DNA from: Ruminiclostridium sp.
GTDB lineage: Bacteria; Bacillota; Clostridia; Oscillospirales; Ruminococcaceae
Assembly: GCA_045579565.1 (NCBI GenBank)
Contig: JAZNML010000052.1
Coordinates: 14,194 to 78,193 of the forward strand
Direction: 5' to 3'
DNA length: 64,000 nt
Shown in pieces: positions 1 through 9,028 of this stretch. Every line of letters starts with the position of its first letter. The stretch's first letter is position 1. Under the pieces are notes generated by a model. It made no database searches, was not told the DNA's origin, and saw only the letters and a program-made list of their open reading frames with translations. The translations under genes were made by a program, and so were the position numbers.

Positions 1-555
1 ACGGGTTTCTCTTCTGCGGTTCGCTTTATCGTAGATTCCGCTCTGGTTAATAAGAAGCGCCGCAAGGCACAGCTCAACCATAAATGCAAAAATAACCGCT
101 GTCTGAACAGGTTCTTTAAGCTCCGAGGGGCACATTGCACCATAGAACAGGTAGCACAACAATGTTACACCGATATATACCCCGAACATGAATGCGGGAA
201 AGATATCGGCATAGTGCTTGTGGGCTGCGCGCTCGCCGAGGAAATACCATAAAACACAGGATACACCCACCGCAAAGATAACGCCGATTTCGTTTGTAAT
301 AAACAGCAGAAGAAAGGCTGCGCAGAAAGTGAGCAGGCCTGTGAATCTCTCCAGAAGTATCAGTTTCCTGCGCTTTACGGTTATCTTTCCGAAAGCATAT
401 CCTAAGCCGAAAACCAATCCGAAGCCCGCATAATACATAAGAATACGAAGTACGCTTATGTTTTCAAAGGCAAGAACGTCATTAGTAAGCACAAAAGGAA
501 GTGTTACAAGACCAAAGGATATTACAGCAAGAAATTTAAGTATTCCCGATCTCAT
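1..555 (-). CDS. Polytopic membrane protein, N-terminal 185 codons only (gene runs off the left edge); third gene of the first MoxR/DUF58 operon
   Basis: Hand translation of the reverse strand from ATG at 555 stays open through base 1. RBS is gaaaggagtggtttt-ATG. Several hydrophobic helices. It occupies the slot held by the transglutaminase-like membrane protein in the paralogous operon at 3950-8759. Confidence 0.55.
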   Translation of the reverse strand, partial: MRSGILKFLAVISFGLVTLPFVLTNDVLAFENISVLRILMYYAGFGLVFGLGYAFGKITVKRRKLILLERFTGLLTFCAAFLLLFITNEIGVIFAVGVSCVLWYFLGERAAHKHYADIFPAFMFGVYIGVTLLCYLFYGAMCPSELKEPVQTAVIFAFMVELCLAALLINQSGIYDKANRRRETR

Positions 556-576
556 AAAACCACTCCTTTCGTAAAA

Positions 577-1683
577 TCAATCCTTTAAGAATGTGTAACG
601 GTGAATCCTGCCAAGATGTATCACCTGATGGCCGCATTCCTTTCCGTCGTTACAGTAGAAAAATACATTTCTGCCCAGTCGTTTCTGGTTACGGGCAAAC
701 TCAATTATTCTGTCGTCAATATACGGAGTAATCACCGCAATATCAGTGATTTCCTCAAAGTCGATACAGTTGCAGAAATCACAGAAATCCGTATCGCACT
801 CATTTTCAAGTCCTGCAAGTACACGTAGTATCCCCAGATAGTCCTCTTCTGAGGAACCGCCGTTTTCAAGAACCTTTCCTGAGCCGTTGGTTGCAAAGGA
901 AACAGGGGATTTCATTGCCGCATACATGTCAATCAGAAATGCACCGGCCTTTATCATAGTCTCTGTATCCGCAATCATTGGCGGTCTTGGGTCGCCTACC
1001 GCCATTTTCTGCATGTTCATCAGTATCAGCACTCTGTTTTCTGTGGTAAAATCGTTGTTGAACACCATGAGCTGTCCTTCACGGGCGGTGCTGCTCCAAT
1101 GAATACGGTTCATAGGCTCTCTGCCTGTGTATTCCCGTGAGCCTGATTTCAAAAACGGGTCATCGCAGATAAACCGTCTTGTAATAATTTCACCCGAAAG
1201 CTCTTCCGATGAAAGCTCCCCTTCGCCAACCTCGTAGGGCGAGGGCAGAATACGGATAGAACGGTTGGTTTTTACGCTCTTTGAAACACTGGCAAGTCCC
1301 AGTAAATCACCGCCTATAAGGGAGGTGCTTTCAAGGGTGAATTCTCCCCTTTTAAGCGCAACCGCCTTACGTGTACGGGTACATTTCTGATATGGTTTAA
1401 GGGCAAATACGCTGGGTACAAAGCGTGCATCCGAACCGCGCGCTGCCGCGCTCCCCGTGAATTCAAGCCAGCGGCTTGTGGAAAGCTCGGTTTTAAGCCA
1501 TGGTACAGGAAGCCATTTGTTGTTGGAAACCTCTTCAATTATCTCGATAGTCTCTCCCTCAAAGGCCTCGCTGACGTTGAAATCAACGGTGTATTCGATG
1601 CCTTTAAGTACCATTTTACGATAGAGAAACAGTTCCACGAAAACAACAATGCCCACAATTATCAAAATCGCAATAAGCTCCAT
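577..1683 (-). CDS. DUF58 family protein (vWA-like), MoxR partner
   Basis: N-terminal TM helix. DUF58 signature region REYTGREPMNRIHWSSTAREGQLMVFNND. Immediately downstream of a MoxR ATPase, as is typical. Confidence 0.85.
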   Translation of the reverse strand: MELIAILIIVGIVVFVELFLYRKMVLKGIEYTVDFNVSEAFEGETIEIIEEVSNNKWLPVPWLKTELSTSRWLEFTGSAAARGSDARFVPSVFALKPYQKCTRTRKAVALKRGEFTLESTSLIGGDLLGLASVSKSVKTNRSIRILPSPYEVGEGELSSEELSGEIITRRFICDDPFLKSGSREYTGREPMNRIHWSSTAREGQLMVFNNDFTTENRVLILMNMQKMAVGDPRPPMIADTETMIKAGAFLIDMYAAMKSPVSFATNGSGKVLENGGSSEEDYLGILRVLAGLENECDTDFCDFCNCIDFEEITDIAVITPYIDDRIIEFARNQKRLGRNVFFYCNDGKECGHQVIHLGRIHRYTFLKD

Positions 1684-1689
1684 ATCTTA

Positions 1690-2640
1690 TCAGCCGATTT
1701 CTTCCGTAGGAACGGGAACAGTGTCAAGGAGAAGCTCTGTAATCTCCTCCGCTACGCTCTTCTTGTTCAGATTAAGGGACATTTCGCGGCAGACAAGTCT
1801 GTGGGGAATAACATAAGGCGCAACCGCCTTTACGCAGTCGGGATTTACAAATTCCATACCCTTTACCGAGGCATATGCCTGTGCCATTTTTTTAAGGGCA
1901 ATAAGTCCTCTGGTACTCAGCCCGAGACGAATCTTTTCATGGCTTCTTGTGGCTGCTCCCAGGTCGGAAATATAACCTAATACCGCATCATTTACCCTTA
2001 CACTGAGAGCTTCCTTACGTGCTGTGAGCAGGTCTTCCGCTGTAAGCACCGCAGAAATATCAGAAATAGGATGAGTTTCACCGATTCCCGAAAGAATACC
2101 GATTTCAGTCTCACGGTCTGTATAGCCAAGGAACATGCGTATCAGGAAGCGGTCAAGCTGTGCTTCCGGCAGGGGATATGTTCCCGCTATTTCAACAGGG
2201 TTCTGTGTTGCAATAACAAAAAACGGCTCAGATAACTGATGAGTCTCGCCGTCAATGGTAGTCTGGCGTTCTTCCATACATTCAAGAAGCGCAGACTGTG
2301 TTCGGGGAGTTGCACGGTTTATTTCGTCTGCAAGAAGAACATTGGTAAATACAGGACCCTTTCTGAATCTGAATTCCTGCTCCTTCATGTTATAGAAATT
2401 GATACCCGTAATATCAGAGGGCAGAAGGTCGGGAGTAAACTGGATACGACGGAAACCGCAATCCAGCGATTTCGCAAGGGCACGGGCAAACATGGTTTTT
2501 CCGGTACCCGGAACATCTTCAAGAAGAACGTGTCCGGAGCAAAGAAGCGCCGCTGCCGCAAGGTCGGTTTCCTTTTCCTTTCCCTTGATTACCTTTCCTA
2601 CATTTTCTCTGAGCTTTAATGCGAATTCTTTTGTTTTCAT
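1690..2640 (-). CDS. MoxR-family AAA+ ATPase
   Basis: Walker A LEDVPGTGKT, Walker B LLADEINRA, FFVIATQNP, LPEAQLDRF. I prefer ATG at 2640 (MKTKEF, RBS gaaagga 6 nt upstream) over the track start 2703, which runs into the repeat element. Length then matches the paralog at 7809-8759. Confidence 0.9.
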   Translation of the reverse strand: MKTKEFALKLRENVGKVIKGKEKETDLAAAALLCSGHVLLEDVPGTGKTMFARALAKSLDCGFRRIQFTPDLLPSDITGINFYNMKEQEFRFRKGPVFTNVLLADEINRATPRTQSALLECMEERQTTIDGETHQLSEPFFVIATQNPVEIAGTYPLPEAQLDRFLIRMFLGYTDRETEIGILSGIGETHPISDISAVLTAEDLLTARKEALSVRVNDAVLGYISDLGAATRSHEKIRLGLSTRGLIALKKMAQAYASVKGMEFVNPDCVKAVAPYVIPHRLVCREMSLNLNKKSVAEEITELLLDTVPVPTEEIG

Positions 2641-2680
2641 AAGGAATCCTTTCATTCTGGGGTTAATCGGATTTAACAGA

Positions 2681-2875
2681 CGTCGATAGGCGCACGCAGA
2701 CAAGGAAAAAGCTCCGACAGGCGTACGAGTGTACGTTGAGGGGCTTTTGACGAAGTAAGCAAAAATGCATTTACAGAGCCGTTTTCACGGCTCTGTAAAT
2801 TTTGAACATGTTTAGATTTTTTGCTGTAATAAATCTCTTAACCTGCATTTTTGCGGTGCGTGGGTTTATCGACAG
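2681..2875. repeat. MITE/REP-like palindromic element, copy 1 (195 bp, carries a ~78-bp internal insertion)
   Basis: Imperfect terminal inverted repeats: cgtcgataggcgcacgcaga ... tgcggtgcgtgggtttatcgacag. Internal long hairpin aaaagc(t)cc-gacaggcgtac...gtacgt-(g)aggggctttt. About 90 percent identical by eye to 8878-8994 outside the insertion. The insertion, roughly 2773-2850, carries the hairpin acagagccg-ttttca-cggctctgt. Confidence 0.7.
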
Positions 2876-2916
2876 TCTGATGCCGCACACTGCTGTGCGG
2901 CATATTATTTAAATCA

Positions 2917-3849
2917 TTATACGTTATAGTACTTGTCGTAATTTACAAGTTCATCAAGCATCTTCGGAAGCTCGGTGTCCATATTCTCATCTGTAAACTG
3001 GCAGGTACCGACAGCCTTATGTCCGCCGCCGCCGTATTTGAGCATAAGCTTGCCGACATTTACGTTGCTGGTACGGTTAAGAATAGAATAACCTACCGCT
3101 GCGGAGCAGCCCTGTCCGCCCTTACCGGAAACAATCCACGCTGAGATGTTCTGTTCGGGATAAAGGCTGTAAATCATGAAGCGGTTACCTGTGTAGATGG
3201 GGTCAACGCCACGTAAATCGGTGATAATAACATTGCCCTTTATTACAGTGTGAGCATGCACCATTTCCTTGAACAATGCAGCCTGTTCGTTATATACATC
3301 AATTCTTTCCTTGATATCAGGCATATCGAGAATTTCCTGTGTTGTCATTGTACGGCAGCACACAAGAAGCTTTTCCATAAGCTGATAGTTACTGATTGTA
3401 AAGTTACGGAAACGGCCGAGACCTGTTCTGGGGTCCATGAGGAAGCCCACTAAAATCCAGCCCTGAGGATTTAGTATCTCGTCAATTGTGAGATTACCGC
3501 TGTCTACCTTATCAACAGCTTCCATAAGGTCATCAAACTGGGGGAAGCGCTCCTTACCGCCGTAGTATTCGTAGATAATACGAGCACAGCTGGGAGTAAT
3601 ACGGCTTTCGCCCTTGTACCTACCTTCAAGCTGGTTACGTTCGTATTCACTGGAATGATGGTCAAACCATAAGCCGCAGCCCTCAACAAAGGGAACATTT
3701 GCAAGAACATCGTTTTCTGTTACGGGAACAAGTCCGTCCTGGATATCCTTGGGGTGCTTGAATGTGTAGGAATCGATAATTCCTGCTTCTAAAAGAAGCG
3801 CACCGCAAGCAAGACCGTCAAAATCAGAACGGGTAATCAAATTCATCAT
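2917..3849 (-). CDS. DHH-family phosphoesterase (NrnB / exopolyphosphatase-like)
   Basis: N-terminal SDFDGLACG (DxD-type motif), WFDHHSS (DHH motif) and C-terminal GGGHKAVG (GGGH motif) are the canonical DHH/DHHA signatures. Confidence 0.7.
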   Translation of the reverse strand: MMNLITRSDFDGLACGALLLEAGIIDSYTFKHPKDIQDGLVPVTENDVLANVPFVEGCGLWFDHHSSEYERNQLEGRYKGESRITPSCARIIYEYYGGKERFPQFDDLMEAVDKVDSGNLTIDEILNPQGWILVGFLMDPRTGLGRFRNFTISNYQLMEKLLVCCRTMTTQEILDMPDIKERIDVYNEQAALFKEMVHAHTVIKGNVIITDLRGVDPIYTGNRFMIYSLYPEQNISAWIVSGKGGQGCSAAVGYSILNRTSNVNVGKLMLKYGGGGHKAVGTCQFTDENMDTELPKMLDELVNYDKYYNV

Positions 3850-3892
3850 GGTTTAATACCATCCTTTCGGCTAATAAATAATTATCAAAACA

Positions 3893-3921
3893 ATTATACC
3901 AAATTTTTTCAAATTTTGCAA
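3893..3921 (-). promoter_or_regulatory. Sigma-70-type promoter for the DHH gene
   Basis: Reverse strand reads TTGCAA-17 nt-TATAAT with TGg extended -10 (ttgcaaaatttgaaaaaatttggtataat), about 40 nt upstream of the start. Confidence 0.5.
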
Positions 3922-3949
3922 TAATTTTTGCAAAAAATTACTATATTTT

Positions 3950-6580
3950 TTATAAAAATAATGAAATTCTTGTTATCAGGCGCATAAAGGCATTCTTGTT
4001 CTCCATGTATCTGCGGTAAACCGCCGCTGTAAGCTTATAAACAGCCGCTCTTTCCTCCTCGGAAACAGGAGAAATATCGGCGTTACCGAACTCGCACTTT
4101 ATAAATACAGGCATTACATCCACAAGGAATACATTTGTGCCTTTAAGGAAAATAGACGCATCTACTCTCACCGCAAAATCATTCATAAGCTCACAACCGG
4201 GAGTAAGCCCCTCCTTGTCAAGAATCAGCATAACAAGTTTGTACATTTCCTGGCAGGCGCGATAGGGCGGTTTCTTTCTGAATCCTGTCCAGGTCTTTTT
4301 CTCCGCTTTATCCAGCTTCTTTAAAAAGAGGCGGATCGCTATTACAACAAGGGCAATTGCCGCTATGACGCAAAGTCCCGTAATAAGCACAGGAATAAGA
4401 GAATTTTCCTCCTCAAGAAGCTCATCGGATACAGTACCGCCTGTTCCCTCTCCTGTACCGTCTGCGGATACAGGCGGCTTTGTGGTGGTATCAGCCTCCT
4501 CAGTAAAATCAGGTGCCATCTCATCCCCTTCATCGCTTACAGTGGTTGAAACAGGGGGAGTTGTGGTTGTGGTGGTAGTTTCAGAGGTAACGGGAACATT
4601 GTTCCCCTGAACGCCCTCTGCCGCCATTCCCTCAAAGCCGTCAACCGCTGCTGTGGGGTCAAAGGGGAGCCAGCCGACTCCGTGCATATATACCTCAACC
4701 CAGGCATGCAGATCCTTTTCACGAAGAGTGTATTTATATCCGCCGTCAACCGCTTCACCGTCACCTGCCACAACGTAGCCTGTAACATATCTTGCGGGAA
4801 CACCAAGTTCTCTTAATGCAAGAGTGGTTGCGGTGGCGAAAAGGGCGCAATGCCCTTGTTTTGTCTTGTATAAGAAGTTGTCTATAATCTCCTCGCCCTT
4901 GCCATTGTCAACAGAAAGCGAGTAGCTGAAATTCTTACGGAAATAGTCGCAGATACCCTGAGCCTTGGCATAAGGAGTCATCCAGTCCGCAACATAACCG
5001 TCGTCATAAAGAACAGACAGCAGACCGCTTATGTTTTCGTAATTATTACCCATGTATAAAGCATTTACATAGTTTCCGTAATCAGAAATAGTTCCCATAC
5101 CATATGCCGGTTCATACATGGCATTTGTTATAATACTCTCTGCACCGCTGAAATTCATATTGGGAGTGAGCGCAAGATTTTCTATGGTATTGAGATAGTT
5201 CTCACCGTTTTTCGTTCTTAAAACATAATCGCCGAAGCTGTCGAAATATTCGCTTGTCTTATAATCAGGCTCATACACCGCTAAGGGCTGGAATACTACC
5301 GCAGTTCTTTTACGGTAGGTTACCGACACCTTCTGCAAGGGCAGAAAATCATCAGGTTCATACCCTATCTGAGATGCTCGGAAGCGTACATCCTGGTACA
5401 TGCTTTCTGGATAGAAGTCCTTTACAAGCTCCCAGGAGGAACCGTTATTGTACGTATCCTTTATTGTAGACCAGTTTGCACCGCTGAAATCTACACCTAT
5501 ATCACCCTTTAAATATACAGGAATACTGTTATCGCCAAGGGTTACATCAAGTACAGGAGAAGCACTGTCTGAGGGCTTACCGATACCGATACCGCCGGAG
5601 TTGGCGCCGTAATTGGAGTAGCTGAAATACTCACTCTGAGCCGAGGAGGTGCCGAAATCAACACCCCACTTTTCCTCGATTTTTGAAATCATATCTGCGC
5701 TCATTTCCTGGACAGAGGCGAAGAATTCCTCATAATCGAAGGTTGTGCCCTGGGGAATGGCGCTGCCTATATTAAGCATAAGAACACCTGCGCAGACAAG
5801 AGCAATTACAGCGTTCTGGGAATATTTCATATATCTGGGAATATCTCCTCTGAGTCTTCTTCCCAGTATTGCAAAGCCTCTTCTTTTGCGGTAATTCCTC
5901 TCGCTTCTGCGTGCTGTGTCAACGGTTTCGCTGCCTTTTTCGAGGGTTGAATTACCTTCAAGGTCATAGGCTGTATGGAGTGCGTAAAAACCTAAGAAGC
6001 ATGCGGCAAAGAAAGCGATTGACGGATGATAGCCCGCAATTTCAGCCACAAAAGAGGGCGCCGCAAAGGTAGCAAATACAAGCAGAGCATAAAAACCATG
6101 AAAACGGGTACGACAGCAGGCTGTAAAAAGTATTCCTATCAGCACGCCTACAAGGGATAAGCCTAAAATACAGGCTTCTTCCGTCTGCGAGGCACTTGCA
6201 TCAGGGTGAATCACAAACCTTTCGGTAGCTAAAAGCCTGCTGTCCAGCCTTACCATAAGAAAATCAAAGAAATACGTAAGCTTTTCAACAAGACTGTCCT
6301 TCAAAAACAGCACCGCAAATCCCGAAAGAGACAGGAAATACACAATTCCCGCAGGAAGAAGAGATGCTAAGACGAATACAACCGCAGAGGATATTGCGGC
6401 AGAAACAGCCGCCTCAGTAAGACCGTATTCCATTAGCAGCAAATCGCCTATTGCATAGACGGCGGAAGCGGATAATGCCGACAGCAAAGCAAGCCTTATC
6501 AGAAAAAGTCTGATAAGGCAGGGAGGATTATTGAAATATGTATCGTTCAGAACAGTGTTCAAACGTTTTTCCTTTTTCAT
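3950..6580 (-). CDS. Transglutaminase-like domain membrane protein (876 aa)
   Basis: Multi-TM N-terminus. Transglutaminase-core Cys-His-Asp pattern QGHCALFATATTLALRELGVPARYVTGY ... DLHAWVEVYMHGVGWLPFDPT. Thr/Pro-rich linker followed by a C-terminal TM. Confidence 0.85.
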   Translation of the reverse strand: MKKEKRLNTVLNDTYFNNPPCLIRLFLIRLALLSALSASAVYAIGDLLLMEYGLTEAAVSAAISSAVVFVLASLLPAGIVYFLSLSGFAVLFLKDSLVEKLTYFFDFLMVRLDSRLLATERFVIHPDASASQTEEACILGLSLVGVLIGILFTACCRTRFHGFYALLVFATFAAPSFVAEIAGYHPSIAFFAACFLGFYALHTAYDLEGNSTLEKGSETVDTARRSERNYRKRRGFAILGRRLRGDIPRYMKYSQNAVIALVCAGVLMLNIGSAIPQGTTFDYEEFFASVQEMSADMISKIEEKWGVDFGTSSAQSEYFSYSNYGANSGGIGIGKPSDSASPVLDVTLGDNSIPVYLKGDIGVDFSGANWSTIKDTYNNGSSWELVKDFYPESMYQDVRFRASQIGYEPDDFLPLQKVSVTYRKRTAVVFQPLAVYEPDYKTSEYFDSFGDYVLRTKNGENYLNTIENLALTPNMNFSGAESIITNAMYEPAYGMGTISDYGNYVNALYMGNNYENISGLLSVLYDDGYVADWMTPYAKAQGICDYFRKNFSYSLSVDNGKGEEIIDNFLYKTKQGHCALFATATTLALRELGVPARYVTGYVVAGDGEAVDGGYKYTLREKDLHAWVEVYMHGVGWLPFDPTAAVDGFEGMAAEGVQGNNVPVTSETTTTTTTPPVSTTVSDEGDEMAPDFTEEADTTTKPPVSADGTGEGTGGTVSDELLEEENSLIPVLITGLCVIAAIALVVIAIRLFLKKLDKAEKKTWTGFRKKPPYRACQEMYKLVMLILDKEGLTPGCELMNDFAVRVDASIFLKGTNVFLVDVMPVFIKCEFGNADISPVSEEERAAVYKLTAAVYRRYMENKNAFMRLITRISLFL

Positions 6581-6604
6581 ATTTGCTGTTCCTTTGCGGA
6601 TGGA

Positions 6605-7804
6605 TTACTCAAATAGCGCATTTTCAAGAGATGCCGCTATATTATCCGGGTCAATATGCGCAACCCTTATTCTCGAATCAGAGTCAACAAGCGCGGTAAA
6701 GCCCTCGTCGTACTTTTCGGAGGTAAGGAATATGCGTATTCCCGTACATGACGCAAGTCCGCCCGCAAGCGCCTTGCGGAGCGACTCGGTTTTCATAAAT
6801 GACGAGAAAACAAAGACAAGTCCTGAATCACGGATTACCTCTGCCCCGTCTGTTGAAAGACGAACCATATCATTCTCCGGCTCACAAATGGGCACCAAGG
6901 GGAATTTATGGTACAGATATTCAAAATCATCAGCTGTCTGAGCCGGAATTATCTCCGTTTCAGTAAGCTCGTTATTATATATGCAGGCGGCGGTACTACC
7001 TTCGGTTATTATCTTTCTCGCCACGGCAAGTGCCGCTTCAAGAAGTGCGTCAACCTCACATTCCGCCTGTTCTTCGTCTGTATAGACGGTACTTGTATCA
7101 ATTATAACAGCCGCACTGCTGCTGAGATTCAGATCAGATTGCTTTACCATGAGCTTATCCTGTTTTGCAGAAAGCTTCCAGTGCACACGTCTTAACGAAT
7201 CTCCGTCAGCATACTCTCGTACAGAGGTAAAGGTGTCATTCTCGAAAAATGTATACTGTGTGCGTAAGCTGTCTGTTTCCTCGTCGCATAAGGCACTGTT
7301 TTCACCTAAAATAAGTCTGCGGGGAGCAACTGTAACGTGGCAGACAGGGAGCTTCTTGAATCTGAAACGGAAAAGCCCCAGAAAATCATATATTTCCGCC
7401 GTTCTTATACCGAGATTGTAATCGCCTCTGTATTTAAGAAAGCCATCAAATATGAATTCCGCCTTGCTGAACGGCATAACGCTTGCAACAATAAGCTTGT
7501 CCTTTATGAGATTTCCCTCTCCGTCATGGAATACACCCGTCATCTTCACAGGTGAAACAGGCAGCAAAAAGCGGTTTTTCACTCTTATTGCAAGTGTAAA
7601 CCTGCGCTGCTTTGAGGTAAAGATATCATTCGAGGATATTTCCAGCTTAATTGTAAGCCGTTCTATTACAAGCAATACGAAGGATATCAGCGGCAGAAAC
7701 AACAGAGTAAGCATTATTACAAGTGTAAGCTTACTCTCATACGCCGCCGCAAATACCACCGACATTGCCAGTATGAAAATGTATATTATTCTGTATCTCG
7801 CCAT
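6605..7804 (-). CDS. DUF58 family protein (vWA-like), MoxR partner
   Basis: Two N-terminal TM helices. REYADGDSLRRVHWKLSAKQDKLMVKQ signature. Sits between MoxR and the transglutaminase gene. Confidence 0.85.
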   Translation of the reverse strand: MARYRIIYIFILAMSVVFAAAYESKLTLVIMLTLLFLPLISFVLLVIERLTIKLEISSNDIFTSKQRRFTLAIRVKNRFLLPVSPVKMTGVFHDGEGNLIKDKLIVASVMPFSKAEFIFDGFLKYRGDYNLGIRTAEIYDFLGLFRFRFKKLPVCHVTVAPRRLILGENSALCDEETDSLRTQYTFFENDTFTSVREYADGDSLRRVHWKLSAKQDKLMVKQSDLNLSSSAAVIIDTSTVYTDEEQAECEVDALLEAALAVARKIITEGSTAACIYNNELTETEIIPAQTADDFEYLYHKFPLVPICEPENDMVRLSTDGAEVIRDSGLVFVFSSFMKTESLRKALAGGLASCTGIRIFLTSEKYDEGFTALVDSDSRIRVAHIDPDNIAASLENALFE

Positions 7805-7808
7805 ATTA

Positions 7809-8759
7809 TCAGCCGTTTCTTGTGAACGGAGGCTTCACACTCTTTACAATTTCGCGTAGAATATCCATATGCATATGTCTGCCCTCTCGTGAAAGTCTGA
7901 GTCTGTGAGGAAGAACATAAGGTGTCATTCTCAGTACGTCTTCGGGAATTACATATGCTCTGCCGTTAAGGAAGGCATAGCTCTGTGCCGTTCTCATAAG
8001 TGCAAGAGACGCACGGGGACTTGCGCCCAGTTGTACCGAAGCGTGATTACGGGTAGCCGTAACAATATCAACTATGTATTTATATACCGACGGCTCAATA
8101 TTTATCTGTCGTACAATATCAATAAGGGATACAATTTCTTCCTTAGTGCATACGGGGATGATATTATCAAGAGGATTGTCGGTCTGCCTGCTTGCAAGCA
8201 TGTTTATTTCCTGTTCAGCTGTGGGATAGCCAACGGAAATCTTCATCATAAATCGGTCAAGCTGAGCCTCGGGAAGCGGGAATGTACCCACATAACCAAG
8301 CTCGTTCTGTGTGGCAATTACCATAAAGGGATCGGGGAGCCTGTGGGTAACGCCGTCAACCGTCACATTCTGCTCTTCCATAGCTTCGAGGAGTGCAGAC
8401 TGGGTTTTGGGGGTTGCACGGTTTATTTCATCAGCCAGAAGGATGTTTGTCATTACAAGTCCCTGGCGGTATTCAAAACGGTTGGTTTCCTTATTGAACA
8501 TATTGAAGCCTGTAAGGTCAGATGCCATTACATCAGGTGTGAACTGTGCACGACGGCTCATAAGTCCCGTAGCTCTGCCAAGAGCGGTAGCAAGCGTAGT
8601 CTTACCTGTGCCGGGAACGTCCTCGATAAGCACATGACCCTCTGAAAGAAGCGCAATAAGAAGCATGGTGATTACATCACGCTTACCTACAATTACCTTC
8701 TCAACCTCATCGGCTACCTGTTGAAGCTTTTTATTTTTACCAATTGTGTATTTGTCCAT
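7809..8759 (-). CDS. MoxR-family AAA+ ATPase
   Basis: IEDVPGTGKT Walker A, LLADEINRA Walker B, FMVIATQNE, LPEAQLDRF. Confidence 0.9.
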   Translation of the reverse strand: MDKYTIGKNKKLQQVADEVEKVIVGKRDVITMLLIALLSEGHVLIEDVPGTGKTTLATALGRATGLMSRRAQFTPDVMASDLTGFNMFNKETNRFEYRQGLVMTNILLADEINRATPKTQSALLEAMEEQNVTVDGVTHRLPDPFMVIATQNELGYVGTFPLPEAQLDRFMMKISVGYPTAEQEINMLASRQTDNPLDNIIPVCTKEEIVSLIDIVRQINIEPSVYKYIVDIVTATRNHASVQLGASPRASLALMRTAQSYAFLNGRAYVIPEDVLRMTPYVLPHRLRLSREGRHMHMDILREIVKSVKPPFTRNG

Positions 8760-8797
8760 TTTTTCCTGTCCTTATTTTCTGAATCTTAACAAGTTCA

Positions 8798-8826
8798 ATT
8801 ATAACACTTTTCTGTATTAAAATCAA
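8798..8826 (-). promoter_or_regulatory. Sigma-70-type promoter of the second MoxR operon
   Basis: Reverse strand reads TTGATT-17 nt-TATAAT with TGt extended -10 (ttgattttaatacagaaaagtgttataat), about 40 nt upstream of ATG 8759. Confidence 0.5.
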
Positions 8827-8839
8827 CCGATTTTAAAAA

Positions 8840-8869
8840 TTGTAATAAATTTGTAATATATTTGTAATA
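8840..8869. repeat. Three phased TTGTAATA boxes (11-bp period) just upstream of the -35
   Basis: ttgtaata at 8840, 8851 and 8862, read directly from the sequence. Confidence 0.6.
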
Positions 8870-8877
8870 ATTACAGG

Positions 8878-8994
8878 CGTCGATAGACACACGCAGACAA
8901 GGAAAAAGCCCCGACAGGCGTACTAAGGTACGTCAAGGGGCTTTTGATGAAGTAAGTAAAAATGCATTTTTACGGTGCGTGGGTTTATCGGCAG
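8878..8994. repeat. MITE/REP-like palindromic element, copy 2 (117 bp, compact form)
   Basis: cgtcgatagacacacgcaga ... tacggtgcgtgggtttatcggcag. Same internal hairpin as copy 1 and same orientation. Same context: between the terminator hairpin of the preceding gene and the promoter/start of a MoxR operon. Confidence 0.7.
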
Positions 8995-9028
8995 AATGAA
9001 GCGGCCAGCTTTCGCTGACCGCTTCTAA

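Noticed and set aside
2641-2703. N-terminal extensions offered by the ORF track: 2703 here, plus 10753, 22151, 36158, 39453, 41531, 41930, 42042, 45090, 56874 and 60723.
   Set aside because: In each case an internal ATG/GTG has a properly spaced GGAG-type RBS. The upstream extension runs into a repeat, a promoter or a neighbouring gene, or it is absent from the paralog.
2881-2906. Hairpin atgccgcaca-ctgc-tgtgcggcat, and the similar 8998-9025 hairpin, considered as parts of the repeat element.
   Set aside because: The two hairpins are unrelated in sequence. They sit right after the stops of the DHH and GH5 genes, so they are more simply the terminators of those genes.
7905-8645. 246-aa ORF on the + strand (with 8311-8637).
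   Set aside because: Fully antisense to the MoxR gene, which has unmistakable Walker A/B motifs. No RBS and a composition typical of a shadow frame.
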